A stretch of 60,821 nucleotides of DNA, counting the filler, from Asterionella formosa (Eukaryota): the NCBI GenBank assembly GCA_002256025.1. It is 7 parts of 7 records of this genome, joined end to end, with 100 filler letters (N's around TTAATTAATTAA, not from the genome) between each part and the next. Parts side by side here need not be neighbours in the genome. Positions count along the whole stretch, not along the records: positions 52,234 to 60,821 come from NKIB01011999.1; 6 more parts are not named here. One strand, given 5' to 3'. Under the pieces are notes generated by a model. The model was given only the letters and a program-made list of their open reading frames with translations, was not told where the DNA came from and searched no databases. The translations under genes were made by a program, and so were the position numbers. Shown in pieces: positions 59,553-60,821 of the stretch (its first letter is position 1; every line of letters begins with the position of its first letter).

Positions 59553-60523
59553 ATGATGTTGTCGTCTCTGTGTTTTAAATCTCGCCTGTTCACGGCGGCT
59601 CCGCTTCACCATCCAACGCTTCTACGTCGAACCCTATCGACCAACGCAGTAGAAACACCAAGCATCCTCCGACGGTTGTATGATCAATACAGTATCAAAG
59701 GCCAACAAAAGCGGATTGATATGGGCGAACGATTGTTTCGTGCAGCATACATTCGAGCAAACGATCCGTAAGTGATGGGGCAATACATATATTTCTTACT
59801 TTTTGCCGTGTAGATAACAAGATGGCCTTGTCCCAAGGCTCATTTGAAACTAACGAACTCCCCGCTCCATATTTCAGCATCTGGTTCGGTCCAGGTCGCA
59901 TTTCACGAGACTTTCGTCCGAAGCATGCTATGATTACCCTCCATGTTTGGTTCTTACACAAACGCCTCATTAATTCAACAGAACAAAACAAACACTTTGC
60001 TCTATTGGTACAGGAAGAATTGTTTGATATTTTTTGGCATGACACTCGATTGCGCATCCGAGCCGAGGGTGTGAACGAATTGTCTGTTGAAAAACATGTC
60101 AAAGATGTACAGCAGTACACCTTTCAACAACTATGTCATTTGGACCATGCGTTTACAGAGGAATTCTTGATGGATGAAAAGAAGCGTCTAGAGGAAGTGG
60201 CATTTCTAGTGTGGCACCACATGTTGGGACGGGAGGAAGATGTGGCCGACGATCAACTACAACGCTTGGTACTATATATTGAGCTTCAACTGCAAAACAT
60301 TCTATGGCAGTTGCCAGAAAAATATTGGCAGGAAGGGAGAATTGGATGGGTCAATATTCCGAACTTTGACAATATGAGAGATTCAAAGGGTAATCTCCTT
60401 CCTAAACGAGAGTGTTGGCCTGGCGATCTCCTTCCCAAGTTTTGGGAAAAAGCATTGACATTGGCAGGAAAGCCATATTACTACAATACCAAAACATTGG
60501 CCAGTCAATGGGAAAAGCCTTAA
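59553..60523 (+). CDS. CBP3: Cbp3/UQCC1 ubiquinol-cytochrome c reductase assembly chaperone with a C-terminal WW domain; intron 59768-59877
   Basis: Mitochondrial presequence. CC|GTAAGT...ACTAAC...TTTCAG|C. DFRPKHAMITLHVWFLHKRL...QEELFDIFWHD. WW: LPKFWEK...GKPYYYN...SQWEKP. Confidence 0.87.
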
Positions 60524-60568
60524 ACTGGTAGCAACTGTAGGATGTAGTTTAGTTTGAGGTACTTTTAA

Positions 60569-60821
60569 TGGGCGCGCTCTGATAATAAAAAATTATTATA
60601 TCATGTGAATTATAACACAAATCGTTGTACCCATAACCCCAAAATTTGTGTTTGTGTTGACCAAATTTATTATTATCCAAATTTGGTCAACACAAACACA
60701 AATTTTTTACAGTTATAAATAACAGTGCATTATATAAAAAGATGTTTAGACATGAATGACTATAAAGAATTTCCCGGAATATTTCAAGACTTGCTTGCTC
60801 ATACTCAAAATGGCTTGCTCT
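60569..60821 (+). mobile_element. end of the same dispersed repeat family (copy 2), with an extra 28-bp perfect inverted repeat
   Basis: Aligns with 25690-25905. Arms at 60641-60668 and 60679-60706. Confidence 0.7.

Overview
Eukaryotic, intron-poor genomic DNA, most likely from a diatom (DUF6824 protein, Ambal-like LINE, Plavaka transposase, diatom-style MscS and plastid presequences). The window is not one locus. Six artificial spacers (44 N + TTAATTAATTAA + 44 N) join seven size-sorted contigs of about 8.6 kb: 1-8617, 8718-17321, 17422-26025, 26126-34729, 34830-43432, 43533-52133 and 52234-60821. Gene order across the spacers is therefore meaningless. Host genes: a DUF6824 protein, two DEAD-box helicases, part of an MscS-like channel, a TSP3-repeat protein, a protein with four Auto_anti-p27 zinc ribbons, RPS14, a DHHC palmitoyltransferase, mitochondrial L35, a Nudix hydrolase, single-chain ATP-citrate lyase, FNTA, a DUF5522-MMAB fusion, BCCIP, a YqaJ-like nuclease, a ferric reductase/NOX, a GST and a Cbp3-WW fusion. 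Mobile DNA: a decayed CACTA-ended Plavaka transposon carrying a Ulp1-like protease gene; a decayed APE-RT-RNase H LINE with a nested 1.6 kb insert flanked by a 19-bp target-site duplication; a copia relic; and a dispersed repeat family. The best leads are the Plavaka+Ulp1 element, a structured RNA in the long RPS14 intron, a TACCAGG/GGTACC motif family marking promoter-side intergenic DNA, and the DUF5522-MMAB fusion. All family assignments come from motif recognition by eye, not from database searches.
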